From Anaerolineae bacterium (lineage in GTDB: Bacteria > Chloroflexota > Anaerolineae > B4-G1 > SLSP01), in contig JAXDDO010000080.1 of the NCBI GenBank assembly GCA_034676805.1, forward strand, positions 2,261 to 66,260: 64,000 bases of DNA, written 5' to 3'. The position numbers were made by a program, and so were the translations under genes. Shown here in pieces: positions 38,153 to 48,394 of the stretch (position 1 is the first letter of the stretch; each line of letters opens with the position of its first letter). The notes under the pieces were generated by a model. The model was given only the letters and a program-made list of their open reading frames with translations. It was not told the origin of the DNA and did not search any database.

Positions 38153-39226
38153 ATGACAACGATGTCCTCGAACGAGCGCGTGCTCAGTGCATTGGCGCAC
38201 GTCGAGCCCGACCGTATCCCGATCAACTACAGCGCGAACCCCGGCATCGATGGCCGGCTGAAGGCCCACTTCGGTCTGCGCCGCGACGACGACGCCGGCC
38301 TACGCCAGATTCTGGGGGTGGATTTCCTCGGCATTCACGCCCCCTACGTAGGGCCGCAGCTGCACGCCGACGTGCCGGGGCGACAGGTAGACATCTGGGG
38401 CGTGCGCACACGCTACGTCGAACACCAGAGCGGCGGCTACTGGGACTTCTGCGACTTCCCACTTCAGAGCGCCACCGCGGAACAGATCGCGGGATGGCCT
38501 CTGCCAGACCCCGAAGACTTCGACATCGGCAGCATCGCCGAACGTTGCCGCGCGAACCGGAAGTACTGTCTTTACGCCGGTCACGCTGGCTGGGGATGCG
38601 TGATCAACAGGATCGGGAAGTTGGTTGGGATGGAGCAGGTACTCATGGACCTGGCGACAGACAACCCCGCGACGCTGCATCTCATCTCCCGCAAACAGAC
38701 GATAGAACTGGAGTTACTGGCCCGTACGCTGGAGGCAGGCAGAGGGTACTTTGACTTCGTCTGGCTCGGCGAAGATATGAGCACCCAGCTCGGCCCACTG
38801 ATCAGCCCCCGTCTGTACCGCAAACACATCAAGCCATGGCACGCTCAGTTCGTCTCTCTGGCCAAGGCTTTCGATCTGCCGGTGATGTTTCACTCGTGCG
38901 GCGCCTGCAGCTGGGCCTTCGAGGATCTTATCGAGATCGGAGTCGCCGCCGTTGACACACTGCAGCCAGAGGCTGCTGGGATGGATGCTCTGACGCTCAA
39001 AGGCGCGTACGGTGACCAACTGGCATTCCACGGTGCGATCACCACCGGGGGCGCGATCGCCTACGGCACTCCGGACGAGGTGGCCGCCGAATGTCGCCGG
39101 GTCCTGCAGATCATGATGCCTGGCGGCGGCTATTGCTTTGCGCCATCACACCAGTTACAGGACAACACGCCTACAACCAACGCGATCGCGATGTATGAGA
39201 CCGCGCAGGCGTTTGGCATATACTGA
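38153..39226 (+). CDS. Uroporphyrinogen decarboxylase/MtaA-like family protein
   Basis: ERV..EPDRIP, GEDM..GPLISP, FHSCG, LQP, GGGYCFAPSH. Confidence 0.88.
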   Translation: MTTMSSNERVLSALAHVEPDRIPINYSANPGIDGRLKAHFGLRRDDDAGLRQILGVDFLGIHAPYVGPQLHADVPGRQVDIWGVRTRYVEHQSGGYWDFCDFPLQSATAEQIAGWPLPDPEDFDIGSIAERCRANRKYCLYAGHAGWGCVINRIGKLVGMEQVLMDLATDNPATLHLISRKQTIELELLARTLEAGRGYFDFVWLGEDMSTQLGPLISPRLYRKHIKPWHAQFVSLAKAFDLPVMFHSCGACSWAFEDLIEIGVAAVDTLQPEAAGMDALTLKGAYGDQLAFHGAITTGGAIAYGTPDEVAAECRRVLQIMMPGGGYCFAPSHQLQDNTPTTNAIAMYETAQAFGIY

Positions 39227-39285
39227 ACGGGGCAAGGGCGCTTGTGCCCTCGAAACTTGCCGGTATCATCTGAGCGGAGCCTGCT

Positions 39286-39801
39286 ATGCAGAGTACCCAT
39301 CGACGCGTTGCGACTTTGAGCCTGATCGTGCTCGTGACCATTGCGCTGGATCAGGCAACAAAAGCAATCGCCAGCGCGGTTCTCCCGCCCTACACGATCT
39401 CGCTCCTGGGCGACATCGTCCGGCTCTATCTCTCGGAGAATGTCGGGGCGTTTCTGGGCCTCGGTTCGACTCTCTCACCAGAGCTGCGCTTCTGGCTGCT
39501 GATCGTTGCGAGCGCGGGACTTCTCGTGGGCGTGGCGCTCTGGCTGGTGCTCACACCGGGTCTCCACCGCGACGTCTTTGTCGCACTCTCATGCGTCGCG
39601 GGTGGCGGGCTCAGCAATCTGGTAGACCGCGTGCTTCGTGAGGGCAGGGTCGTGGACTTCCTCAACGTGGGCATTGGCCGGGTGCGGACTGGTGTTTTCA
39701 ACGTAGCCGACATCGCCATCACATTCGGCGCCATCTACGTTGTCTGGGCCGGTCTGCGGCGCGATATCAGCGGCGACACCGGCGCAGATCCTCAGCAATA
39801 G
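39286..39801 (+). CDS. lspA: Lipoprotein signal peptidase II
   Basis: DQATK, NVGAF, NLVDR, VVDFL, FNVAD. Confidence 0.93.
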   Translation: MQSTHRRVATLSLIVLVTIALDQATKAIASAVLPPYTISLLGDIVRLYLSENVGAFLGLGSTLSPELRFWLLIVASAGLLVGVALWLVLTPGLHRDVFVALSCVAGGGLSNLVDRVLREGRVVDFLNVGIGRVRTGVFNVADIAITFGAIYVVWAGLRRDISGDTGADPQQ

Positions 39802-39835
39802 GCTCAAAGTATCCAAACAGCGTCGTGGAGGGCCT

Positions 39836-40669
39836 GTGGGCGAGATTCCTACGTCTGGCGCAGCATTGGATGCCGACCTGGGACCACTCGAGAGCGAGCA
39901 CGTGCACCCACCAACAAGCAGCACGCTGCTCACCGTCACTGTGCTTGCCAGCGGATTTGTCGTGTTTCTGGCCGGCCTGATCATCAACCGCGAAGGTACG
40001 GCCTGGGGTTTCTGTGTATCGAGTATTGGCGGGCTGTTGCTGATTCTAGGAGGCATGAGCCTGCATGCAGCAGTGCGCGACCGCGACCTCTTGGTCCGCG
40101 TCCACCGGGGCGGGCTGCTTCAGGTTCGAGGTGGAACCACGCAGGCCATCCACTGGGGGTCCATTGTCAGCGTCAACCATGGGGTGATGCACCGGCAGCG
40201 CGTGGGAATCCCCATCCGGACCACGCATCTCTGCACGCTTGTCTTGGCGGACGGTCGTCGAGTGCAGTACAGCGATGCCACGCTCGAGCATGTCGAGCAA
40301 CTGTGCCAAGCGGTCGAGTCCCACACTCTGCACCCGCTTCTTGGGCGGATCTCGACGCAGCTCAGCCTTGGCCAGACCGTCCCCTTTGGAAGGTTGCACG
40401 CGACGCCTCAAGGGATAGGTTCATACTCCAGCGATGAGATTCTGCCGTGGGACGCCATTGACGGCCTTGTCATCACGGGCGACCGGGTTGTCGTCGAAGC
40501 TCAGGGCCAGTCGCAGACTCTGGCCCTCACGAGCGAAGTCGACAACGTTCACGTTGTGGCGGCTCTCATTGAGCACGCTCACAGCGCTCGCTCTGCCACC
40601 GCACAGCACACCGTCGAATCCTCCCCGGCTGATACGCCGGAAGCGTTAGGCCCAGCGGAGTTGGAGTAG
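39836..40669 (+). CDS. Membrane protein with PH-like domains (DUF6585-like)
   Basis: GGAGG before GTG; two TMs then I.WGSI and FG.L...GI..LPWDAI motifs. Confidence 0.55.
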   Translation: MGEIPTSGAALDADLGPLESEHVHPPTSSTLLTVTVLASGFVVFLAGLIINREGTAWGFCVSSIGGLLLILGGMSLHAAVRDRDLLVRVHRGGLLQVRGGTTQAIHWGSIVSVNHGVMHRQRVGIPIRTTHLCTLVLADGRRVQYSDATLEHVEQLCQAVESHTLHPLLGRISTQLSLGQTVPFGRLHATPQGIGSYSSDEILPWDAIDGLVITGDRVVVEAQGQSQTLALTSEVDNVHVVAALIEHAHSARSATAQHTVESSPADTPEALGPAELE

Positions 40670-40929
40670 GGTCAGTCCCCGGCAACATCGCCAGCCCGGC
40701 ACACGACGCCGCGCCTGCAGAGGGCTGCCTTGCGTACCGCTCCAGTCCGCGGTCCCCGAATGCACCTCGCGTGCCCCCTCCCCTGCCGGGCAGGGGAGCC
40801 TGATAACGGATTGGCAGACCGTGGCGTTTGTGATAGAGTCTTGCCTGAAGCCGCAGAGCAAGTGCCGTCGCAATGCGACGGTGCGTGGCTCAACTGCATT
40901 TCAATTCCTGGCAAAGGAGATTCCGATCT

Positions 40930-42069
40930 ATGTTCAACCTACGCGGTGAGACCATCTACACAGGCACCAGCGTTCTGGCCGACGGCTACGTCTCAGTGGA
41001 CGGGGCCACGATAGCGGGCGTTGGTGACAAAGCCCTTGGCGAGCGGGCTGGCGCCTATCCGGTCATCACACCCGCAATCATCGATCCCCACTGTCACATC
41101 GGGTTGATCCGGGGTGGCGAGCCCTCAGCAGAGGCCGAAGCCAACGAGCACATGGACTCCATGCTTGCCCATGCTGACGTACTCGACTCCATACAGATGG
41201 ACGACGTGGGCTTTCGCGACTCCATTGAGATGGGCGTGCTCTACTCCTGCGTCCTGCCGGGCAGCGGCAACATCGTGGGGGGGAACTCCGCCATCATCCG
41301 CAACTTCGGTCAGGACACCAATGCCGCCTTCGTCCGCCGCGCCGGGATCAAGGGCGCTTTTGGCTATAACCCGATGTCTACACGCGAGTGGAAAGGCCAG
41401 CGCCCGTACACCCGCATGGGAGCGCTGGCGATTCTGCGCGCCAGGTTGGTTGACGTACAGACCAAGATGGCCAAGGAGGCGGCAAAAGAGGACGCGGATG
41501 TAACCTACAGCGCGGAGGAGAGCGTGCTCAAGGCCCTCCTCAAGGGCGAGGAGCGCTACCGCGTGCACGTCCACAAGAGCGACGACATCGCCGCGCTCCT
41601 GCGGTTCGTGGACGAGTTTGGCCTGAAGGTCACCGTCGAGCACACGATGGACGTACACGAGCCGGGGATCTACGAACAGCTTGCCAAGCGCAACATCCCT
41701 GTCATCTATGGCCCTATGGACTCCCTGGCCTACAAGGTCGAACTCAAGCACGAGGGCTGGCGTAACGCCCACTACCTCATTGACTCCGGGGTTGAGTTCG
41801 GGCTCATGACCGATCATCCGGTGATCATGCAGAAGATGCTGCTCTTCGAGCTCCGCCACTTCTTGCGAATGGGCCTCGACAAACAGGCTGCTCTGGAGAT
41901 CATCACCCGCAAGAACGCCGAGATCCTTGGCGTTGCGGACATTCTCGGAACACTCGAGACCGACAAGTGGGCGTCCATCGTCTGCTGGAACGGTGATCCC
42001 TTCTCGTTGGAAAGTTACCCGGTCGCGATCTATGCCGAAGGCGAACTCATCTACGAGGCAGCGGCGTAG
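40930..42069 (+). CDS. Metal-dependent amidohydrolase (imidazolonepropionase-like)
   Basis: IDPHCHIG, PGSGN, VHVH, EH, TDHP; AAGGAG RBS. Confidence 0.9.
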   Translation: MFNLRGETIYTGTSVLADGYVSVDGATIAGVGDKALGERAGAYPVITPAIIDPHCHIGLIRGGEPSAEAEANEHMDSMLAHADVLDSIQMDDVGFRDSIEMGVLYSCVLPGSGNIVGGNSAIIRNFGQDTNAAFVRRAGIKGAFGYNPMSTREWKGQRPYTRMGALAILRARLVDVQTKMAKEAAKEDADVTYSAEESVLKALLKGEERYRVHVHKSDDIAALLRFVDEFGLKVTVEHTMDVHEPGIYEQLAKRNIPVIYGPMDSLAYKVELKHEGWRNAHYLIDSGVEFGLMTDHPVIMQKMLLFELRHFLRMGLDKQAALEIITRKNAEILGVADILGTLETDKWASIVCWNGDPFSLESYPVAIYAEGELIYEAAA

Positions 42070-42269
42070 CCACTCAGCGATCGTTGCTGGACCCGCCACC
42101 GATACGTGTAGGCGGGGCGCGGTGATCATCGCGCCCCGCCTGTGCGGTGCCGGCAGCGAATCGAGCCGTGGGACAGTCGTTACCCGCCAGCGCCAGGCTT
42201 TCCCCCCAAGGTTTCATCTGGGATGCGCCTATGGTGGCCCCCTCCGACACAGGCCAGGGCGGTAGGGCT

Positions 42270-43133
42270 ATGCCAGAGAATCAGAACGTGATCACGAGCA
42301 CGAGCAACCGCCGTATCGTGGAGGCCCGTAAGCTCTCGCAACGGAAGCATCGCCAACGCCAGGGTCGTTTCATGGTGGAAGGGCTCCAGATCCTGCACAT
42401 GGCACTCGATGCAGGCCAGGTTCCTGCCGAGGCGTTCTACTGCGAGGCTGCGTTCACGGGCACCGAAGCGCCGTATCTGCTCGAGAGGCTGAGCGATATG
42501 CAGTCAGCCGGTGGGGGGCCAGCCCTCCACCCCGTGTCGGAGGCCGTCCTTGACGTGCTCTGCCAACGCCAGATCTGCCAGGGCTTGGTCGCGATTCTGG
42601 CCACCTTCGAGACACCTATCTCAGCATTGCGGCTGAACGGTGATCGACTCGTCGTCATCCTCGACCGGCTGCGAGATCCCGGCAACCTCGGCGCACTGAT
42701 CCGCGTCGCGGATGCAGTCGGTGCTGGCGGCGTCGTAGCCCTCGAACCGTGCGCCGATATCTTCGATCCCCAGGTAGTCCGAAGCAGCATGGGATCGCTG
42801 TTCAACATCCCGGTCATCAGGACCGGGGACACACGCGCGCTCTTCGAGCACGTGCGCCGGGCAGGACTTCGAGCCGTAGCTGCCGACCCTTACGTTGGGA
42901 CGCTCTGGGGTACCGGCTTGTGGGATGGCGGTGTAGCTCTGGTGCTGGGAAACGAGGCCCAAGGCCTCTCACCCGATGTACGCGTCGAGGTCGAGTCGTG
43001 GGCTCGCTTACCGATGGTAGGCAAGGCCGAGTCGCTTAACGTGGCTGTTGCCGGTGGGATCCTGATGTACAGCTGGTTGGCTGCGAACTACCACCCCAAT
43101 GCCGCAGGGAATGACCAGAGCGACTCCTCGTAG
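42270..43133 (+). CDS. TrmH/SpoU family RNA 2'-O-methyltransferase
   Basis: ITSTSN, DPGNLG, RSSMGS, LGNEAQGL, ESLNVA. Confidence 0.93.
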   Translation: MPENQNVITSTSNRRIVEARKLSQRKHRQRQGRFMVEGLQILHMALDAGQVPAEAFYCEAAFTGTEAPYLLERLSDMQSAGGGPALHPVSEAVLDVLCQRQICQGLVAILATFETPISALRLNGDRLVVILDRLRDPGNLGALIRVADAVGAGGVVALEPCADIFDPQVVRSSMGSLFNIPVIRTGDTRALFEHVRRAGLRAVAADPYVGTLWGTGLWDGGVALVLGNEAQGLSPDVRVEVESWARLPMVGKAESLNVAVAGGILMYSWLAANYHPNAAGNDQSDSS

Positions 43134-43200
43134 CTCTGTCCAGGCCGTCCAGGATGCACCGGGTTTGACTCCGCCACAGACTCCAGAGACCGGAGGTGAC

Positions 43201-44226
43201 ATGCAAGATATCTTCGCGTGGATCGACCAGGAGCTGTCGCCGGACGAGGTCACGACAGAAGACCTTATCTACCAGTGTATGGCTTCGCAGTCGGGTCGCT
43301 CTCTCCCCATCATCTACCAGCCGTTTGACATCGGCGATCGAGGGCACTGGGCCGACCGGGGAGCAGCCCTGGACTTCGTTGCGGCAACGCGCATAGGCGA
43401 CGGTTCCGCATGCAACGTGAGTGGTCGCATGCTCGATTTCGGTCCCGGCGATGGCTGGCCCTCACTCATTGTGGCGCCCTGGGTTGACAGGGTTATCGGT
43501 GTCGAGGGCTCGCTGCGCCGGGTGGCAGTATGCACTCAGAACGCAGCACGTCTGGGGATCACGAACGCGCAGTTCGTCCATGTCGAACCAGGCAGCCTAC
43601 TTCCGTTCGACTCAGGTAGTTTCGACGCTGCCGTGGCGGCGTCCTCCGTAGAGCAAAGCCCCGACCCGCGGACAACGCTGGCGGAGCTCTATCGCGTGCT
43701 TCGCCCTGGTGGGCGGCTGCGTCTGTCGTATGAGGCTCTGGGCGTCTATCAAGGCGGGCACGGGCGCGACTTTGTTATGTGGGAAGACTGTGACCACACC
43801 CACCTGATCCTGTATGACAGGCACATCGCGCTGGAAGAGACACTCCAGGTAAGGATCACGTTCGATATGCCCAGGCAGGCGCTCACCAATAGCTTGGCTG
43901 AGCGTGGGCAGAGGCTTGGCTTCAGCGACATCACAGCCCAGAAATTGGCTCAGCTCCGCGACAGAATCGTCGATGCTGGCAGATGCAGGACCCAGCACCC
44001 ATCGGGAACCACGTTGTGTCGCTGGTTGACAGAGATCGGGTTCCGGCAAGTCTCGCCAACGCACAACGGCGTCCGTTTTGCGGGGGCTCTCTTCGATCAG
44101 ATCGCTGTCGCAGACCGTCCCGCATCGTTGGAGGAGCTGGACGTCTGCCTCCGGCCGATGATCGCCGTGGTCGTCGATATGCCCGCGCCGATCACGACTG
44201 ATCCGTGGATCACGGCTGTGAAGTGA
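43201..44226 (+). CDS. Class I SAM-dependent methyltransferase
   Basis: LDFGPGDG, LPFDSGSFD, RVLRPGG; GGAGG RBS. Confidence 0.85.
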   Translation: MQDIFAWIDQELSPDEVTTEDLIYQCMASQSGRSLPIIYQPFDIGDRGHWADRGAALDFVAATRIGDGSACNVSGRMLDFGPGDGWPSLIVAPWVDRVIGVEGSLRRVAVCTQNAARLGITNAQFVHVEPGSLLPFDSGSFDAAVAASSVEQSPDPRTTLAELYRVLRPGGRLRLSYEALGVYQGGHGRDFVMWEDCDHTHLILYDRHIALEETLQVRITFDMPRQALTNSLAERGQRLGFSDITAQKLAQLRDRIVDAGRCRTQHPSGTTLCRWLTEIGFRQVSPTHNGVRFAGALFDQIAVADRPASLEELDVCLRPMIAVVVDMPAPITTDPWITAVK

Positions 44227-44254
44227 GGGCCCTCCCTAGATTCCCGACCGTGGC

Positions 44255-45313
44255 TCAGGCGCTGCCGTAGTGGTGCACCCTATCGATGGCGAAGGCGTAG
44301 GACTCGAACGATACATCGCTGGGCACGGAGTGATCGCTGTGATAGATGTACCCGCCACCTTCCTTGGCCACAGCGATCTTCCCGCGAATCTCGTCTTCGA
44401 TCTCATCACGGCCCCCTGCGAGCCGCCTAACGTCAATGTTGCCGATCAGAACCAGCTGGTCCCCGTAGAGTGACTTCAGCTCCCGAACATCGAGTCCCGC
44501 CTTGGCCTCCAATGGATGTAGGCCAGCGAACCCCGCTTGGAGGAACCCGGGGATAAGTGGGGCAACGTTCCCGTCGGAGTGCAGCAAGGTCCTGAGTCCA
44601 TCGGCGGCAAACCGGTCGCATAGCCGCTTGTGGTACGGCAGGACGAGCGACGCGTACAGCGAGGGCGAAATCAGCGGCGCAGCTTGGTACCCCAGATCAT
44701 CGGCGAGAAACGCGGCGTCGAACGTCAAGCCCTGCGCCACCATGCCCTCGTAGATCTCAATAACCAGCCGCGCGTGGTCAGCGTACATGTCGGCGACGAA
44801 CTCAGGTCTGTCCAGCATCAGCATCAGCATATGCTCCATGCCGAGGCGCATCCAAGTGGGGTGGAAGCAGGCGTGTGCGGCATAGCAGACGAACTTCTCC
44901 GCGGCGCGCGCTCGCCGGTACGCTTCGATCGTCCCATCGGGAATCCGAGAGGCGTTGAAGGCCATACGCCCACGATGGCGCCGCCAGTCATCGGGTGTCT
45001 TGATGGTGAAGTCGAGCCATTGTGAGGTCCAACCCTCTTCCACGTGCAGGTCACGGCGCAGTGCACCATCGGCATCCCAGTACAGCCGCCGAGTGGCGCT
45101 CTCTTCCAGTACGCGTTCAGGCATCTGCAGTGTGTAGTCGCCGGAAATGCGCACGATCTCGTCCGTGCCAAAGTAGGCGTTGGGCGAGACGCCTCGGGGC
45201 AGCCCCTCGCGACGCCACCGTTCGACCGTCGTAGTCCAGTAGCTGTCGAACAGCGGCACTCGATCGGGGACTTGGCCGGCCAGCACCGCTGCTACACGTT
45301 CATATGAGTTCAC
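44255..45313 (-). CDS. Uroporphyrinogen decarboxylase/MtaA-like family protein
   Basis: ERV..PDRVP, ADDLG..PLISP, HSDG, GNID, GGYIYHSDHSVP. Confidence 0.88.
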   Translation of the reverse strand: MNSYERVAAVLAGQVPDRVPLFDSYWTTTVERWRREGLPRGVSPNAYFGTDEIVRISGDYTLQMPERVLEESATRRLYWDADGALRRDLHVEEGWTSQWLDFTIKTPDDWRRHRGRMAFNASRIPDGTIEAYRRARAAEKFVCYAAHACFHPTWMRLGMEHMLMLMLDRPEFVADMYADHARLVIEIYEGMVAQGLTFDAAFLADDLGYQAAPLISPSLYASLVLPYHKRLCDRFAADGLRTLLHSDGNVAPLIPGFLQAGFAGLHPLEAKAGLDVRELKSLYGDQLVLIGNIDVRRLAGGRDEIEDEIRGKIAVAKEGGGYIYHSDHSVPSDVSFESYAFAIDRVHHYGSA

Positions 45314-45329
45314 TGGTGCGCTCCTTAAG

Positions 45330-46403
45330 CTACGGTAGAGGTATTTTCGCCAGGGCGGCGACATCGCGCACTGCCGCAAGGATCGAATCTGGGGCATCAA
45401 GATGTACCAGAGGACCACTTCGGCCTAGCATCCGCCGCTCGCCTCGGAGCGACAGGTTGGCCAGCTCGCCCTGGGCTCGGGTCGTCTCCGCGTCGGTCAC
45501 GACAAGATCCGGGGAGTACAGGCCAGCGGATGGTCTGGGCGCGCGGGCCGGCGTAAGGACCACCAAAGGCATCCCCTCGAGAGGCGCATCGCCCCGGAGC
45601 GCCTTATCGGCCGCCGCGGCACTCAGCCGCACAGACTGCAACTCGTCCACAGTCGTCTGGTAGTGTCGCGGGTCCAGTAGCAGAGCGCGGTACGCTTGCC
45701 GAATGTCGTCGGGCAGCGCTTCCTCACGGCCTGTCGCAGCCGACTCACCCGTCACCGGCCCAATCAGCCGGAGCAATCCCGAGGTAGTCAGAAAACGCAT
45801 TCGCTCGTAGAACGCGATCGTCGTCTCCATCTCGCGCTCGAAACGCTCTGAGTGGACTTCATCGCCCAACGGCGCCACGAGCACCAGCCCGGCAACATCC
45901 TCGGGATAGCGCGCCGCGTAGAGACGGACATGGACACCTCCCACCCCATGGCCTACGAGGAGAAAGGGCGCGGCTTCTTCGGCCTCAGTCAACAGGGCCC
46001 GTAAGTTCGCTACCGCTTGTTCAGCATCTCGCGACGCCGGGCCTGCATCGCTCCATCCGTAACCGGCACGATCGTAGGTGCAGACGCGGAAGGTCTTGCT
46101 CAGTTCACGCGCAACACCCGACCACTCCAAGGAGGAGCTCCCACTGTGCGTGTCGATGACTACGGTCAAGCCATCAGGAACGGGCTGACCACGACAATCG
46201 AGGTGCAGTGCATACCCACCGACATCGACACGCGAGCCTGGCGCAGGATGGCGCTTCAGCGCAGTAACCAACAGGTATTGCTGGGCCGTAGCCAACGTGA
46301 GCGGCACGAGCACGCCGAGGAGGATCCCCGTAGCTATGATGATGCCGACGAGCGTGGACGTTCGCATCGGCGGCCGTCCGAGGCGCTGGATCCGGCTTGT
46401 CAT
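45330..46403 (-). CDS. Membrane-anchored alpha/beta-hydrolase fold protein lacking catalytic Ser and His
   Basis: VDVGG..LHL, RVCTYDRAGYGWS, GHGVGG in place of GHSxGG, SGPLVH in place of SGHxxH. Confidence 0.8.
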   Translation of the reverse strand: MTSRIQRLGRPPMRTSTLVGIIIATGILLGVLVPLTLATAQQYLLVTALKRHPAPGSRVDVGGYALHLDCRGQPVPDGLTVVIDTHSGSSSLEWSGVARELSKTFRVCTYDRAGYGWSDAGPASRDAEQAVANLRALLTEAEEAAPFLLVGHGVGGVHVRLYAARYPEDVAGLVLVAPLGDEVHSERFEREMETTIAFYERMRFLTTSGLLRLIGPVTGESAATGREEALPDDIRQAYRALLLDPRHYQTTVDELQSVRLSAAAADKALRGDAPLEGMPLVVLTPARAPRPSAGLYSPDLVVTDAETTRAQGELANLSLRGERRMLGRSGPLVHLDAPDSILAAVRDVAALAKIPLP

Positions 46404-46568
46404 GGTGAGTCTCCTTCGTGTGACAGCACCTGCGAGTGGTCCTCACCCGAAATCATAGAAAGCCGCGCGATGATGTCAAGTGTCAGCGGCGCCCTCACGG
46501 CCAGGCGGCTTTCCATTGGGCCGTCACGATGTATAACACCTACAGACCAGGATGGAGGATGCCCAAAG

Positions 46569-47618
46569 ATGGATCAGCCAGTTGCGACGAGACGGGCGGA
46601 GTTGCTGCAGGACATGGTCGGCGTTCCTATTCCCAGGCTTTGGTGCCCACCGGTCACGCACTACGTCGACGATGGGAGCGTCGATATCGCGCGCATGGCG
46701 GCACATTGGCGGTCGATGTCCGCCTACGTCGGCGGTTTTCTGGTGCCGGGCTCCACAGGTGAAGGCTGGGACATGGCTGAGGCGGAAGTCGATGCCCTGG
46801 TGGATCTTGCCATTGGGCTAGCAGTCGGGCTTGACACACGGCTGCTAATCGGGGTCCTGCAGGTTGACGCGGAGACGATGATCAGGCGCGTCGACGCGAT
46901 AGTCGCCGATCTTCGTGCGAGAACAGGGCTACATAATCCCTTCCAGGCGCTGAAGGCCTGCCACGTGGTCGGGTTCACTATCTGCCCGCCGCGGGGCGCA
47001 GCACTTACACAGGACCAGATTCGCGACGCGCTGGCCCAGGTCCTGGACCTGGGCATTCCCATCGCGCTGTATCAGCTCCCTCAGATCACCCAGAACGAGG
47101 TATCCGCAGCGACCTTCGCCGACTTAGCCACCCGATACCCGAACCTGATCATGTTCAAGGACACAAGTGGCCAAGACCGTGTGCCGCTCTCCGACGGAGG
47201 CGCGAGTGGCGTCTTCCTCGTACGTGGCGCCGAGCGCGACTACGCGAAGTGGCTGGACGCAACAGGTGGATGTTACCACGGATTCCTGCTCAGCACGGCA
47301 AACGGCTTTGCACGCGAGCTGCGAGAGGTCATCGACCTCGCCGTCTCTGGCCAGGTCGAGGCGGCCCAACGCCTATCGCGGCGGCTCACCGCCGCCGTCG
47401 ACGCCTGCTTTGACGCTGTCAGCGATCTGCCATACGGGAATCCGTTTGCCAGCGCTAACAAAGCCATTGACCATCACATGGCTTATGGAGCACGGGCAGT
47501 TGATATGGCTGCGCCACTGCTGCACTCGACGCGGCGCCTACCCGAGGGCGTCGTTCGGACGATCGGCGAGATACTCCGAGAGCACAGCCTCGTGCCCCCC
47601 ATCGGCTATCTCAGTTAG
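46569..47618 (+). CDS. Dihydrodipicolinate synthase/class I aldolase family protein
   Basis: LVPGSTGEG, LYQLP, FKDTSG Schiff-base lysine. Confidence 0.85.
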   Translation: MDQPVATRRAELLQDMVGVPIPRLWCPPVTHYVDDGSVDIARMAAHWRSMSAYVGGFLVPGSTGEGWDMAEAEVDALVDLAIGLAVGLDTRLLIGVLQVDAETMIRRVDAIVADLRARTGLHNPFQALKACHVVGFTICPPRGAALTQDQIRDALAQVLDLGIPIALYQLPQITQNEVSAATFADLATRYPNLIMFKDTSGQDRVPLSDGGASGVFLVRGAERDYAKWLDATGGCYHGFLLSTANGFARELREVIDLAVSGQVEAAQRLSRRLTAAVDACFDAVSDLPYGNPFASANKAIDHHMAYGARAVDMAAPLLHSTRRLPEGVVRTIGEILREHSLVPPIGYLS

Positions 47619-47629
47619 CAGGAGCTGTC

Positions 47630-47673
47630 AAAAATGCAGGCAGCGGAAGGCGGGTGCACCGCCTTCCGCTGCC
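47630..47673 (-). terminator. Intrinsic terminator for the DUF5320 genes
   Basis: 15-bp stem GGCAGCGGAAGGCGG/CCGCCTTCCGCTGCC, with AAAAA on the plus strand (U-run on minus). Confidence 0.75.
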
Positions 47674-47694
47674 CGGCACACGGCCGTCTGGAGA

Positions 47695-48090
47695 TTAGGC
47701 TTCCGTGTTGCTCTGAGTCTCGCTCGTGGCCCGCCCCTTGAGTTCGTCCATCCGTTGCTGGATGAGGTCTAGCTGCTCCTGCAGCCAGTTGGCCTGTGCG
47801 CCCAGTTGTGACAGTTCGTCCTCAGGATACGTCACAGGGCCACCGCCGGCTCCGTAGACAGGCCCGCGCCGTCCTCGCCCGAACGGCCAACCCATGGCAT
47901 AGGGGCCGAATCCGAATCCACGTCGCCGTCCCCAGAATCCGCGACCACCCCACGGTCCACCTCCGCCCCACCGTGCATAGTACCACCCTTCCTGCGGGAA
48001 CGGGGCACCCTCAACGGGTGGGCAATCACCCAATCCGCGACCTGTTCGCGGTCCTTGGCCCATCGGGCCTGTTCGATCACCTCGTGGCAC
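47695..48090 (-). CDS. DUF5320 family protein with coiled-coil tail
   Basis: MPRGDRTGPMGQGPRTGRGLGDC; G/R/aromatic linker; L..QA..L..QL..I..R tail. Confidence 0.88.
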   Translation of the reverse strand: MPRGDRTGPMGQGPRTGRGLGDCPPVEGAPFPQEGWYYARWGGGGPWGGRGFWGRRRGFGFGPYAMGWPFGRGRRGPVYGAGGGPVTYPEDELSQLGAQANWLQEQLDLIQQRMDELKGRATSETQSNTEA

Positions 48091-48168
48091 AGTCTACCTC
48101 CTGTTGTGTCTGACTGTTAGGGTCAGTCCCGTCATCGTGAGACGCAGACGCCCTCATTTGATATACGA

Positions 48169-48390
48169 TCACCAACTCCATCGCCCGCGGCCGCGACCGG
48201 CGCGTCGTCCCGCACCAAACCAGCGCGGCAAGCCCAGGAACACACGCCGCCCGCTCCGGAGCGGCCGTCCCCCCAGGCCCAGAAAGCCGGTCATCCTGCC
48301 ACCGGCGGTCCTGCCAACAGCGCAGTAGCCCGCGCCGCGGCCTGTCAGCGGCCCCTCACCTCGTGGGCCGGTTCCATCGAAACCTGGCAT
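48169..48390 (-). CDS. Short DUF5320 family protein
   Basis: MPGFDGTGPRGEGPLTGRGAGYC; AGGAGG RBS. Confidence 0.85.
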   Translation of the reverse strand: MPGFDGTGPRGEGPLTGRGAGYCAVGRTAGGRMTGFLGLGGRPLRSGRRVFLGLPRWFGAGRRAGRGRGRWSW

Positions 48391-48394
48391 ATCC

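Noticed and set aside
40778-40799. Hairpin CTCCCCTGCC-G-GGCAGGGGAG as a riboswitch or REP element
   Set aside because: Single copy, loop of one base, no aptamer consensus or U-tract.
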